Assembly: GCA_009103225.1 (NCBI GenBank) | Contig: RHPI01002836.1 | Coordinates: 186,001 to 250,000, forward strand | Length of the DNA: 64,000 bases | Source: Chlorokybus atmophyticus | Lineage: Eukaryota; Plantae; Mesostigma and Chlorokybus algae | Direction: 5' to 3' | In this document: in pieces, positions 50,792 through 62,340 of the stretch | Position numbering within the stretch: the stretch's first letter is position 1 | How the letters are laid out: each line of letters starts with the position of its first letter | Program-made: the position numbers and the translations under genes | The notes under the pieces: generated by a model | What the model was told of the DNA's origin: nothing | The model's database searches: none | Seen by the model: the letters and a program-made list of their open reading frames with translations, nothing else

Positions 50792-53400
50792 CTAAGGAGG
50801 CTGCTGCTGGGGTTGAGATGGAGCCTCATTCTGATGTTGACAGCTCAGAGCCTTTCGTGGATGCGTCGGTGACTGTTGGCGGCATGTGCGGCGCAATGGC
50901 GACGCGGAACGGTGTGGTTCGTGTGCCCGACGAGGTGAGGCAGTTGCTGACAGTCACGACCATGATTCGTAAGGGTCATGGGCCTTGGGTGGAGTGCAAA
51001 TTGCTGATGGATAGTGGCGCGAACAGCAACTTCATGAATCGGGAGGTTGCGCGTCGACACAAGTGGCTCTCGTGGGCAAATGCCGGCTCCGTGACTCTCG
51101 CGGACAACCGTGCGCCAACCGGAGCTACGAAGCCGAGCAAAGAGCTTGAGGTCCACGTGGGGATGATGAAGGATAGCGTACGGTTTTGCTGCATCAAGCT
51201 CGGCAACGGCTTTGATGGCATTTTGGGGCTACCTTGGCTTTGGACACACAAGCCCGCCATTGGAGGAGGCGCCTAATTGCTGCCCCGGAAGGTGGTGGTA
51301 TGGCTATGACTTGCTTGGGTGCTTCTTCCCGTGGTGAGTGTTTGATTCAAGAGCGTGTGAGCTGCGTCGCAGCTGCCAGCTATGCACCGCATGCGCGTGA
51401 GGTGCATGGCGTAAAGGCGTGCCAGCAAGATGCACAACAACATGCTTTTAGCTCAAGGGGGGAGGCTCCGGAGCTGGTGTCACAAGTTTCTGAGGCTGAG
51501 ATGGAGCAGATCTGGTCCAGGAACGATGTGAAGGATGCATGGTTGTGTATGGTGCGTGACACACCGCCAAAGTCCGATCCGAAGCTGGTCGGCACTGGTG
51601 TGGAGGGTTCAGAAGACCCTGAGATGCAGAAGTTGCTTGAAGAGTTCAAAGACATCATGGTGGACGGGTTACCATCTGGTTTGCCACCCACGCGCAGCGT
51701 TGATCACCATGTGGAGCTCGTTGAGGGCGTGCACAAGCCGCCGTACAGACCGGTGTACAAGTTGTCTTTGGCTGAGCTCGAGGAGACGGAGAGACAAATT
51801 GAGGACCTTCTGCAACGTGGATACATCAGGCCTAGCAAGTCTCCTTATGGTGCACCTATCTTGTTTGTGCGCAAGAAGAACGGAGCCTTGCGCATGTGCG
51901 TTGATTACCGGCCGCTCAACAACATCACGAAGAAGAATGTGTTTCCTTTGCCTCGCATCGATGAGTTGTTGGAGCAGCTAGAGGGTGCTGAGTTCTTCAC
52001 AAGCTTGGCTAGCGGCTACCATCAGATCCGCGTAGCACCCGAGGACATTGAGAAAACGGCATTCACCACTCGCTATGGTCATTACGAGTGGTTGGTGATG
52101 TCGTTCGGAATGATCAACGCTCCGGCAACCTTTCAAACCTTGATGAACGGTGTCTTTGCTGATCTGATTGGCAAGGGTGTCCTCGTGTACCTCGATGACA
52201 TTCTCGTGTACACGAAGAGCAAGAGAGAGCACATGGCGTTGCTACATGAGGTGATGCAGCGTCGACGTGCAAACAAGTTGTTCGCTCAGCTCAACAAGTG
52301 CCGTTTCTTGCTGCAAGAGGTAGAGTACCTCGGTCATCTTGTCTCCAAGCAAGGGATCAAGGCGGACCCTAACAAGATTGCGGCGGTGCGCGATTGGACT
52401 GCCCCGAAGAATGTGAAGGATGTCATGTCGTTCCTAGGGCTGGCCGGCTATTATCGCAAGTTTGTGAAAGGCTTCTCGCACTTGGCATCACCATTGACGG
52501 CATTGTTGAAGAAGGGGGTGAGCTGGAGCTGGTCGGAGGCTGAAATGAAGGCGTTTTTTGACTTGAAATCGGCCTTAACATCAGCACCCGTGCTGGTGCA
52601 TCCCAACATGCAATTGCCCTTCGTGGTGGCGTGTGACGCTTCCGATAAGGCCGTCGGAGCTGTGTTGCAGCAAGATCACGGCAACGGCTTGCAGCCGGTG
52701 GCAATTTTTAATAAGAAGTTGAGTGAAGCCGAGCTTAACTACCCCGTTCATGAGAAGGAATTGCTGGCGCAAGTGCTGGCGCTACGGCAATGGCGTTGTT
52801 TCCTTGAGGGCAAGCGCTTCACACTTGAAACGGACCACTTGCCAGTGAGGTTCCTTCAAACGCAGCCTCATCTCTTGCGGCGGCAAGCTCGTTGGCTCGA
52901 GTTCTTCCAACTCCTCGACTTCGAAGTCAAGTACAAGCCCGGCTATTCGAACAAGGTTGCGGACGCGTTGAGTCGGTACCCCATTGCCATTGAAACGGTT
53001 GTACAAGTGCAGCCGGAGTGGGTGGACCAGATCCGAGCCTTGTTGCATGAGGACGCCGTCGGTAAGAAGGCTATCGAGGCGCTCGAGGACGGAACTGATC
53101 ATGGCGGCCTTTGGGCTTAAAGGACGGGCTGCTATGGCATGGGGATCGCATGTACATACCCAACATTGCGTACATGCGCGTGGAATTGATGAAGGAAGCA
53201 CACGATGCGCCAATGGCTGGTCATCAAGGGCTCGAGCGGACGCTAGCCTTGTTGAAACAGCGATTTTTCTGGTCGGAGATGCATCGTGATGTTAAAGACT
53301 ATGTGGCATTGTGCGACACTTGTCAAAGGGTAAAGGCGAGCAACCGACGAGCCAGCGGGCTGCTCCAACCGTTGCTGATACCTTTGACGAAGGCTGATCG
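50792..53400 (+). pseudogene. pol: Protease, RT, RNase H and integrase N-terminus (inverted internal copy), truncated after LLQPLLIP
   Basis: LMDSGANSNF; SPYGAPILFVRKKNGALRMCVDYRPLN; VYLDDILVY; CDASDKAVGAVL; HDAPMAGHQG..CDTCQ. Frameshifts near 51270 and 53115. Confidence 0.92.
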
Positions 53401-53452
53401 TAACCGAAGGCGGACGAGGTGGCGGCTCCCCCTTGTAAGCTTTAAGGAGCGT

Positions 53453-55368
53453 CCACCATGATGTCTTGAACTCTTCAAGCAACTTCTGCACCTCAGGGTC
53501 TTTTGAACCCTCTACACCAGTGCCGACCAGCTTCGGATCGGACTTTGGCGGTGTGTCACGCACCATACACAACCATGCGACCTTCACGTCGTTCCCGAAC
53601 CAGATCTGCTCCATCTCAACCTTAGAAACTTGTGACACCAGCTCCGGAGCCTCCCCCCTCGAGCTAGAAGCATGATGTTGTGCATCTTGCTGGCACGCCT
53701 TCACGCCATGCACCTCACGCGCATGCGGTGCATTGCTGGCAGCTGCGACGCAGCTCACACGCTCCTAAATCAAACACTCACTACGGGAAGAAGCACCCAA
53801 GCAAGTCATAGCCATACCACCACCTTCCGGGGCAGCAATTAGGCGCCTCCTCCAATGGCGGGGTTGTGTGTCCAAAGCCAAGGTAGCCCCAACATGCCAT
53901 CAAAGCCGTTGCCGAGCTCGATGCAGCAAAACCGTATGCTATCCTTCATCATCCCCACGTGGACTTCAAGCTCTTTGCTCAGCTTCGTAGCTCCGGTTGG
54001 TGCACGGCCGTCCGCGAGAGTCACAGAGCCGGCATTCGCCCACGAGAGCCACTTGTGTCGACGCGCAACCTCCCAATTCATGAAGTTGCTGTTCGCGCCA
54101 CTATCCACCAGCAATTTGCACTCCACCCAAGGCCCATGACCCTTACGAATCATGGCCGTGACTGTCAGCAACTGCCTCGCCTCGTCGGGCACACGATCCA
54201 CACCGTTCCGTGTCGCCGTTGCGCCGCACATGCCGCCAACAGTCACCGAAGCATCCACGAAAGGCTCTGAGCTGTCAACATCAGAATGAGGCTCCATTTC
54301 AACCCCAGCAGCAGCCTCCTTAGCTACTGAGGTGAGCCGTTTCCCGACTGCAACATCTCCTCCTCCACCGTATTCACACGTCCACCACCGCGCGCGTTGC
54401 GTGCATGTGCAGCCGACTTTGCCTTGAAGATGGGACAGTTGGAGCGCATATGTTCAGTGAAAGAGCACTCCCAACACTTCCGAACTGCCTTGGCATCTTC
54501 CCGACCCTTCACACCCCTCTTTGAAGCATGGAGAACACCCAACTCCATTGGTGTAGGTCCCGAGCCAGCCCCCGCAGCCGTTGCAGCTCCCGAACCAGCT
54601 TCAAAAGGTGTGTATGAGCGATACGAACCTCCGTGATTGAGTGAAGCGCCCACAATCAGTGTCTTTGGCAGTACCCTTGAAATACAACACGTCCGTACGC
54701 TCGGCGATGCGAATGGCCTCCGCAAGAGACTTGGCGTCACGAAGCTGAACTTCCTTGCGACAAAGAGTCTTCAACCCGCGCGTGTAGCGGTCCAGCTGCT
54801 CCTCCTCAGTCATGTTGGGTATGGAGAGCACAAGACGCTGAAACGCAGAGGTATAGGCCATCACGGACTGCGTTGGCACAAGTGTAGAAAGCTGATCGCG
54901 TGCCGTCTTCATGCTTTGCACCGGTACGAACTGTTTCTTCACCTCAGCGGCCAGCTCAGCCACGGTGACAAAGGGAACCTCAAGACCAGCTTCCACACGA
55001 GCACAACGATGACGCCACCACACAAGTGCAGCTCCCTCAAAGAAAGTAGCATCCACATCGACATGGAGATGTGCGGGTACCTCGGTGAGCTTCAACCATG
55101 AAGAGACAGCAAACACCCATTCCTCGACGCAGTCACCATCCCTCTGGCCCTTGAATGGCTTCGGTTTTGGCACTTTCACGTGACGAGAGGCTGGTGGAAG
55201 AGCCACAGGTGCAGCAATAGGCGTAGCCGCACGCGCTTGCGCCAAGACTTCTTGAAATTGTGCCGCTTGAGCTTGGGCAAATGCTTGAACACGTTGCAGC
55301 TCCTCATGAGCAGCCACCAGCACTTGCTGAAGGTCCACAACACGTGCATCATCCATGGTAGCGTCCAT
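53453..55368 (-). pseudogene. gag: Gag, protease and the start of RT in the element's native orientation, truncated at DIMVD
   Basis: ORFs 54601-55368, 54324-54740, 53839-54297 and 53243-53758 are near-identical to the plus-strand copy at 49745-51666. Confidence 0.9.
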
Positions 55369-55550
55369 AAACAGAATAATACCTCACACACCAGAGATAT
55401 AGTAGAAATCCCCTTTAAACAAGAAACCCAACCCTTCCAAGGGCTCCGATACCACTGTAACGATGCTCGTGCTCACACACAAGTCATACAACACATGTGT
55501 GTAGCTGAGCACTGTCTTCACACCGGAACCTTGCCTTCTCCCCACCGGGA

Positions 55551-55580
55551 TTAGGGTTAGGGTTAGTGTTAGGGTTAGGG
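55551..55580 (+). repeat. Telomere-type repeat (TTAGGG)2 TTAGTG (TTAGGG)2 inside the 5' LTR
   Basis: Read directly; absent at the equivalent position of the 48006-48689 LTR. Confidence 0.9.
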
Positions 55581-56439
55581 CGCTTGTTCCCGCGCACGCA
55601 CGCACGCGTCGAGCACGCACACGCACACGAACACTACTACTTCCCACGCCAAGCAAGAACGCAGCAGTGTGCCTTGGATCACGCCTCTCTCAAGCATACA
55701 CCAGCATACTCACAGCAGAGAGCAAAAGCAAAGTTGGTATTACACTGGGGTTTTTCCTATTATACAAGCACAAGGAAATAGCATCCTAATTAACAGGCAA
55801 TTTATTCACTACCAAATCTAAAGGACGGGTCCAAGTGCAGGCTGCTGCCACTCGCATCGGCGCACTGTGCAGTCCGCGTCACATCATGCGCCTCTCGGCG
55901 TCACACGTCGGCCTCTGACTATGCAGTCCGCGTCACCTGGCACTGCACAGCGCGGGTCCAGTCAGCAACGACGTCACTGCTGCCTGGCAGTAGGTCACGT
56001 CGCCGGCAGGCAGCTGCTACTGGGCTGGTCGCAGGAGAAGTCGCGCGCGGCAGCAGAGTTGACGCAAAAGGGCCTAATAAAGCTTTACCAAAGCCTTTAT
56101 TAAGCCAGCAAAAAAGGCAAAGCAAGTGCTTTATGTACAATAAAGTACAGGGAATGCTCCAGGCTGTTACAGGCCCCCACCGGCCCGCGAGTGACTCCCC
56201 TACCTTGGTTGAAAAAATTTACCAAGGCTTTGCTAGGAACTATCTTAGGCGCTTTGCCTATTGCTAGATCACTCTTTGCCCACTTAGATCACTTAAGATC
56301 AATTGGACGCTTGCTCTAGCAACCTCTCATGTACCCAACACTTTTCGTAAAGATAAAATCCTCCCATGGGCGTGGGTCGTGGCGGCGAGCGCATTGCGTG
56401 CGTCGCCGATGCCTTGGTTGATTTTTCGCGACATTTTGT

Positions 56440-57115
56440 CGCACATGAACTTTATATTAGTTCACTCGCGAACTAATTTTAGTTCACTCTTTACTTAGCG
56501 GCTTCGGCCCCCTCTATGCCCTTTTTCATAGTTCATAGGTTTCAACATTAGTTCATGAGTGAACTAATTGTTAATTGTAGTTGAAACCAAAATCCCCCTT
56601 GTATTTTGCAACCGCCGTTTCCTTGCGTGCGGTCGCGGGAGGGTGCGCGGCACTACTTGCGTGCGCGCGAACCTCCCTAGCGGTGTGGGTCAAGGACTTA
56701 GCCGTTTTTACAACATTTGCTCCAACGGCCATGAACTAACTTTAGTTCACTAGTGAACCAACTGTAGTTCACTGAACTAATTGGTTCATACATGATTCAA
56801 CTTCGCCGCTAGGTAGTTCACTTCGTTTTCTAGGGTACTTGAACTATTTAATTCGCCTTTCGCAAACTCCATGTGAACTATATTTAGTTCACTGTAGCAA
56901 TTAATTCAGTGAAGTACTTTAGTTCACTTTTTGCGAATTCACTAACTCCTCATAATAGTTCACTCCTCAATGACTTAGTACCCTTTGTTTGATATAGCTA
57001 AGCCTAATTCCCCTTAAGTCAATGGCGAACTATGAACGTCGTAAGTGAACTAATCAGTTGATTCACTTTGGTTCACTTGTGAACTATTCTGTTAGTTCAC
57101 TTGTGAACTAATTCC
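56440..57115. repeat. Dispersed array of AGTTCACT/AGTGAACT motifs within the old LTR
   Basis: Roughly 20 GTTCA/TGAAC-core copies in both orientations, counted by eye. Confidence 0.7.
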
Positions 57116-58559
57116 TTTTCTCGCGGATGGCTTCCCTACCTACTTGGGCGTGCCCGCGACTTTTCCAGTCGCGGGCCCGGCTCCCCCTTGAAATTATGGG
57201 CGCCGCAAATTGTTTGCGCGGCGCCCTTATTCGGTTATATCATTTATTTTCGGTTACTCGCTAATTCACTAATTAGCGATCTAAGTAGGTAGGTAGGTGG
57301 CGCGTTCTATTATCTTAGGTACATGTTTTCATGATTCAAATAGGCCGCCTTCAATGACCCCAAATGAACCTTATAATTACACATGCTCTTTTTCATGATT
57401 TTTAAAGTGACCGAGCACCATACTCCGCATCACCCTACTATATCACAATATTCAAGTCAATGTGCTCTTATCTTCCTATTCAATGTGCCCATACACATAA
57501 TAACAAGGTAATTCCTAGTCCAACCACTTTAATTAGAAGCATTTACATGCATCCTAATTAGCCAGGTCTTTAATTAGCGATGTCACGCATTCATGTCAAA
57601 GCAAACACAATTACATGCATTCACAAAGCACTCATAACAAACCGAGATATAAACTCAGGTTTATTAAACTTTTGTCTTTCGCTAATTACACTTGGTTATA
57701 CATTGTACATGGCTAGCTAAATAGCTATGCCGTAACAATGCTCCCCCTTTAGGTGTTGAGCGTCCCGCTCAACTTCATCACTTCGCGTCCACGCGGAGTG
57801 TATACACGCTTCTTTCACCTACGAAACGCAAAGCATGATCAATACTTTGATAGGTTAAAACGCGTATTATTCTTCTAAAGGTGGATATCTTTTCAAGAAA
57901 TGGACTACCTGGACTTCATTGTTGGGCCGCCGTGAGGTCTCTCCAATATTTCTTAATCAGGAGCGGACAATGCATGTCGGGTTCGTCAACCCATTCACAC
58001 GCTTCCACCGGATGGCCCTTCTATTTCACAAAATAACTTGGAGATAGGTTGTCAGCTCGACCTCATACTCCCAATCTCCTTCAATAAGAATTGGGGGTGG
58101 TGGTGGTTGCACCGACCCATCTGAGCGACAATTTCTTATCGCCGAAGCATGGAAATTATTGTGCATTCTTAGGGCTGATGGTAGTCTAATTCATAGCTTA
58201 CCTCCCCTATCTGTTTTATTACCTTAAATGGTCCAAGCCATCGCGGTAACAAATTTCCGGACTCCATCTATTGTAGGAGCCAATGCACTTACATATTTTC
58301 CACTAAGTAGGACCTGTTGGCCCACTTAAAAAACGGCCTCTTCCCTATGAGCATCGGCATATTGGCGCATACGATTTGGGTAGCTTTCAATTATAAGGCC
58401 CTTGTGGCCTCATTTTGCACTTGCCCTAATCGATTGGCCAATATTTCGGCTGATGGGTTGACTCTTTTCTTTCCACCCATTTTTTCTACCATCGCTTCAA
58501 TTGAACCTCAATTGAACCTTAATGAGTGGCGGCCTGTCCCAAGCCAAAAGGGAGTCATC

Positions 58560-59130
58560 CCCGTTCACACGGAATTTTTTTCAACGGACCAGCCCTGGTC
58601 CGCACGTACGGACCAGGGCCAAAACGCCCGGGCGGCTTGGGGTCCGGACCAGGGTCGCCCGCCTTGGTTTGCACGCGGGGACCAGGGCTGGTCCAAACAG
58701 TACGTAATTGTCCCACGGTCCCCCAAAAAACCGGGCCAGCCCTGGTTGCTGTTATCATGACGAGCGCAATGGGACCAATGCTGGTCTGCCATGCGTGTTG
58801 CTGCATGCACCAAGGATGGTCCGCTCTTGGCACAGTTCTGTCAAAAGCATCACCACTACTGGTCCCGAGTAGCAGGACCATCCTTGGTTCGCACTGTGGG
58901 ACCATGCATGGTCTACTTATATCTTAATGTCTAGCCCAGATGGTCTGCAAGGATGGTCCCGACTAGTGGGACCAACCATGGCTTTGCTGGCGGGACCATG
59001 CCTGGTCCACACCCACCCATTTCTTTGTACCAGCTGAATCTCACTGCATTGGTCCATGCTTGCATCCAGGGACCAGCATTGGTGCACGACACCCGCTGAC
59101 ATCCTGCACCAATGCTGGTCTATGACCCAT
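58560..59130. repeat. Array of GGACCA-N4-TGGTCC imperfect palindromes; putative DNA-transposon terminus and subterminal region
   Basis: GGACCAGCCCTGGTCC, GGACCAGGGCTGGTCC, GGACCATGCCTGGTCC and others. The array begins where the old Gypsy integrase is cut off, at CCCGTTCACACGG. Confidence 0.55.
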
Positions 59131-59499
59131 GCACCAGCAATTCACGGTAACCCATTCTATTATATAGTGCGTGTCTGGCAATCAGCGAGACCTGCAGTGT
59201 CAAACATCTATGTTAACTACAGCAGTGTTCTCATAGCTACTAAGATCACCAGCGCTCATAGCCTGCCTATGATGAGACTGAGCGCATGCTGCGCACACCA
59301 CGTGATCTCGGCACTGCACGCACACGTTCCTTCTGTTCCATACTCTGCTCCATACTTGCAATTGTAGACGGCCTTTCAGATGAACGAGTGCACGCCGCGT
59401 GCGCCAACGACAGATAGTCGTAGACACTGCGCGCGCACACTGCATATGAGCAACACCGCAACTGTAAAACACAATGTACATTTCTTAAAGAATAGACAC

Positions 59500-62102
59500 G
59501 TAACAGTAGCAACATGCAACAGTTGCAACTTTGCACATCTCTGATACATATCATTTGGAGAATGCCGTCCTGCTTGGCTCCCATCGCCCCATGAAGCGGA
59601 ACCTCTTGGGCTCAGGCGTTTCACTTTCATCCGGCATGCCTGCATTCACAATGAGTGGCGAATGTGTACAATCACATACACAGAGACCAGTCTGCTCGTA
59701 CATGGCACTATTAGCTTACAGCTTACCAGCTTACGAGCATACCCTATAGACTGCATTGTGACACTGTGCATTGGTCACAGCTACCAAGCCTATGAGCGGT
59801 CTATAAGCTCAAAACATACCTGGCCGTTTCCTCGTGTTTATCCAGCCCAGCTGACCACCCTGCGTTGGGTCTTCGCCCAGCCACTTCTTCTTCATTGCAA
59901 ACTGCACAACCGCTTGCATGATACGCTGTGTTGGAATGCTGTCCATCCGGGCCTGGTCTTGAAAGGAAAGAGGTGCCACGCTCTCCATCAGCGCCACCTG
60001 CTTCTTCCGCCAGAATTCCCATTGCCGGCCAACTTGCGCCCTAGTAGGTGTTTGCTCAATGCCACAGCACACAGCCGCCAGCATCTCCAGCTTCTCATCA
60101 TCCACTGAAACCTCGCGGTCCTGCATGGGCACATCATCAGCACAACCAGCAAGCACTTGAAACAAGAAATTGCGCGCACATAGCTGACAAACCTGATCGT
60201 CTTGCTGCGCATTGGTGTTCAGTTCTTCAAGTACTCTCGCCTGGCATTCCCCATCCGGACGTGCCTATTGAAGCTGCATTCACCGTTTTCACAGACGCAG
60301 GTGCCCATCTGGCTCATGAACATAAGTGGCCACTCAACCGTCACGCTCTGCACTCCATCAGTTGTCAGTGTCATAGGCGGTTCACATGTGCACACTTTAG
60401 CCAACTACACGCGACGCACGTCTCGCACTTGATGACATGCAATGATAAAAGCATATACTGTGCGTGACTGACAATCACCAACTTACCTCTAGCTCGGCGC
60501 GCGTGTAATGATCCGGTGTCTTGCCATGCATGAGCCTTTGCGACCTGATAGGTATGAACGGCCGCACGCTGTCGTCCTCCACGCAAAACACTGGCAGCCA
60601 ATTAATGATCTGCATGCTGTATGTGCGGCAGGTCTCATCCACCTCGGCAATCTCAAGGATGGTGGCAATGGCCACGGGCACACATGGGTCTTCACGAGTT
60701 GAGGATTGCATATCGACGTCAAAGACTTTGTCTCGGTCGTAATCGTCTGCATGTCTGCACCTCATGAACATGCATCGTGTTAGATAACACAACACAACAG
60801 GTGTACATCCAGCTTGCTTCACTTCTAGTGGAGTTGTCACAGTTCAGGGTTGCAATCATACATGCGCACACAGTACTTACCTGAATTTGCGCAAAGTAGC
60901 CCGCAGCACGTCATCTGGAAGGGGCCCGTCGCTCAAGGGGCACCACAGAACGACTGTCTGTTAAGGGCTGTAATTGTCAGGGCTGAAAACTCTGCCCCAC
61001 CCTACAGACCGGCGACGAGCAGCTGTGCCAACTTTGGCAGTTCGCTCTGCTTCTCGAGCATGCGCACGGAGCTGGACCCGCTGCTCCCTGGACTGTCCTT
61101 GGCGTTCACCTCGTTCTTCTTTAACGCCCCTCCGATAAGTCCATTGGCGTTGTATGAAATATGCCCAGATGTGCTCTGCCAAGCAAAAGTTATAAAGATG
61201 TCCACATGTCCAAAAAGCTGCTTTGGTCTCATAAGCTGGCACCGTCCAAGACACTCTACGACTTATGCATTTCCATTGCTGTGACCTAAAGACTCGTAGG
61301 CACTGTCCAGTGTCTACTTATGCATTCCATTGCTTTTAGATGCTCATAGGCACTGTTGTCAGCGTCTACGACGTATGCGTTCCATTGCTGAGACCTAAGG
61401 ACTCATAGGCACTGTCCAGTGTCTACGACTTATGCAATCCATTGCTGAGACCTAAGGACTCATAGGCACTGTCCAGTGTTCCAGCTTGACAAATAGTAAC
61501 CGACCAACAGTGGCACCACTAAGCAGTAGTAAAAACAGCTGGATATACATGAAAACTAGCTGAATTCAGCTGAACAGCAAGCCATCTATGTCAAGTAACG
61601 TAACAACTCGACAAGTAGCGTGATATCAACTGACTTGCAACAGTGGCAACACTGACTAGCAGCAACAACAGCTTGAGGGCTAGCAAAGCTTGCTATATGC
61701 ATGAATACGGGCTAGTTTCACCTGAACAGTTACCGATCAACACACAAGGCATTCAGAGCAAACCTTCACAGAAAACAACTGACCTCTGGATATGCGGAGC
61801 TCTATGCCTTCCCCAAACACTAGAGGCTCCAGCTCCGGCTCCAACTCCTCACAGAACCTCTCCAGCTTGGCAATGCTGGCCTGCGCTGCATGATCCTTGC
61901 TCCGCTTGTCGAAATTCACCTCCTTCCAACCTGGACCAGGGATTTGCTCCCACTGTTTGAGCTTGTTGGTGAACTTGTCCATGTTTCGCACATGGGTGGG
62001 GTGCACAGAGGAAAAGTTGTCCCTCAGGAACCTGTCCCCAGTTTTCTGGCCGTTGTTGCCACAGTTGAACACTTGGCTGGCAGAAGGCACTGCGGTCACC
62101 AT
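59500..62102 (-). pseudogene. Spliced gene of unknown function with Cys clusters; possibly transposon-encoded
   Basis: ATG at 62102 (MVTAVPSASQVFNCG...). Minus-strand GTAAGT donors near 60880 and 60487. Protein-like blocks AYETKAAFWTCGHLYNFCLAEHIW, CTCEPP..TCVCENGEC and QWEFWRKKQVALME. In-frame stops are present and the 3' end is uncertain. Confidence 0.4.
61245..61480. repeat. Minisatellite, ~57-bp unit, ~4 imperfect copies
   Basis: Unit approximately GTCTACGACTTATGCATTCCATTGCTGAGACCTAAGGACTCATAGGCACTGTCCAGT. Confidence 0.85.
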
Positions 62103-62340
62103 TGTTACACTATGCACAAAGCACTCAAGCTTCCAGGTGACAAAAGGCTCACACAGCAGTCTATAACACGAGAGTCTACAGCACGCGACTTATTGCAGCT
62201 GCGATAACCAGTGCCGAAGTCTATACTGCGCACAACGCACAACGCACAACACATGCGCACAACGCACGCGCGAGCGAACAAAACTTCCAAATGACGGAAT
62301 CTGACAACAAACACTTCCATATGAATCAACTTCCAGTACC

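Larger units (their letters stand above)
48006..56171 (-). mobile_element. Chromoviral Ty3/Gypsy LTR retrotransposon with an internal inversion-duplication
   Basis: LTRs at 48006-48689 and 55456-56171 (TGTAAC...GTTACA); TSD GGCCC at 48001-48005 and 56172-56176; PBS TGGTATCGGAGC (tRNA-iMet type) next to the 55456 LTR; PPT next to 48689. Confidence 0.95.
47807..58560 (-). mobile_element. Old chromoviral Ty3/Gypsy remnant: 3' LTR (47807-48005 plus 56177-57737, split by a nested insertion), PPT, and degenerate integrase C-terminus/chromodomain (~57900-58560)
   Basis: LTR ends TGTTACG (47807) and CGTAACA (57737). On the minus strand the PPT AAAGGGGGAGCA precedes the LTR. Degenerate translations GMTPF..GRH, RQYADAHR, RWLGPFKVIKQIG, EYEVE..YFVK*KGHP. 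Confidence 0.75.

Noticed and set aside
55551-55580. Chromosome end or fusion site
   Set aside because: It is only five units, embedded in an LTR with collinear flanks.
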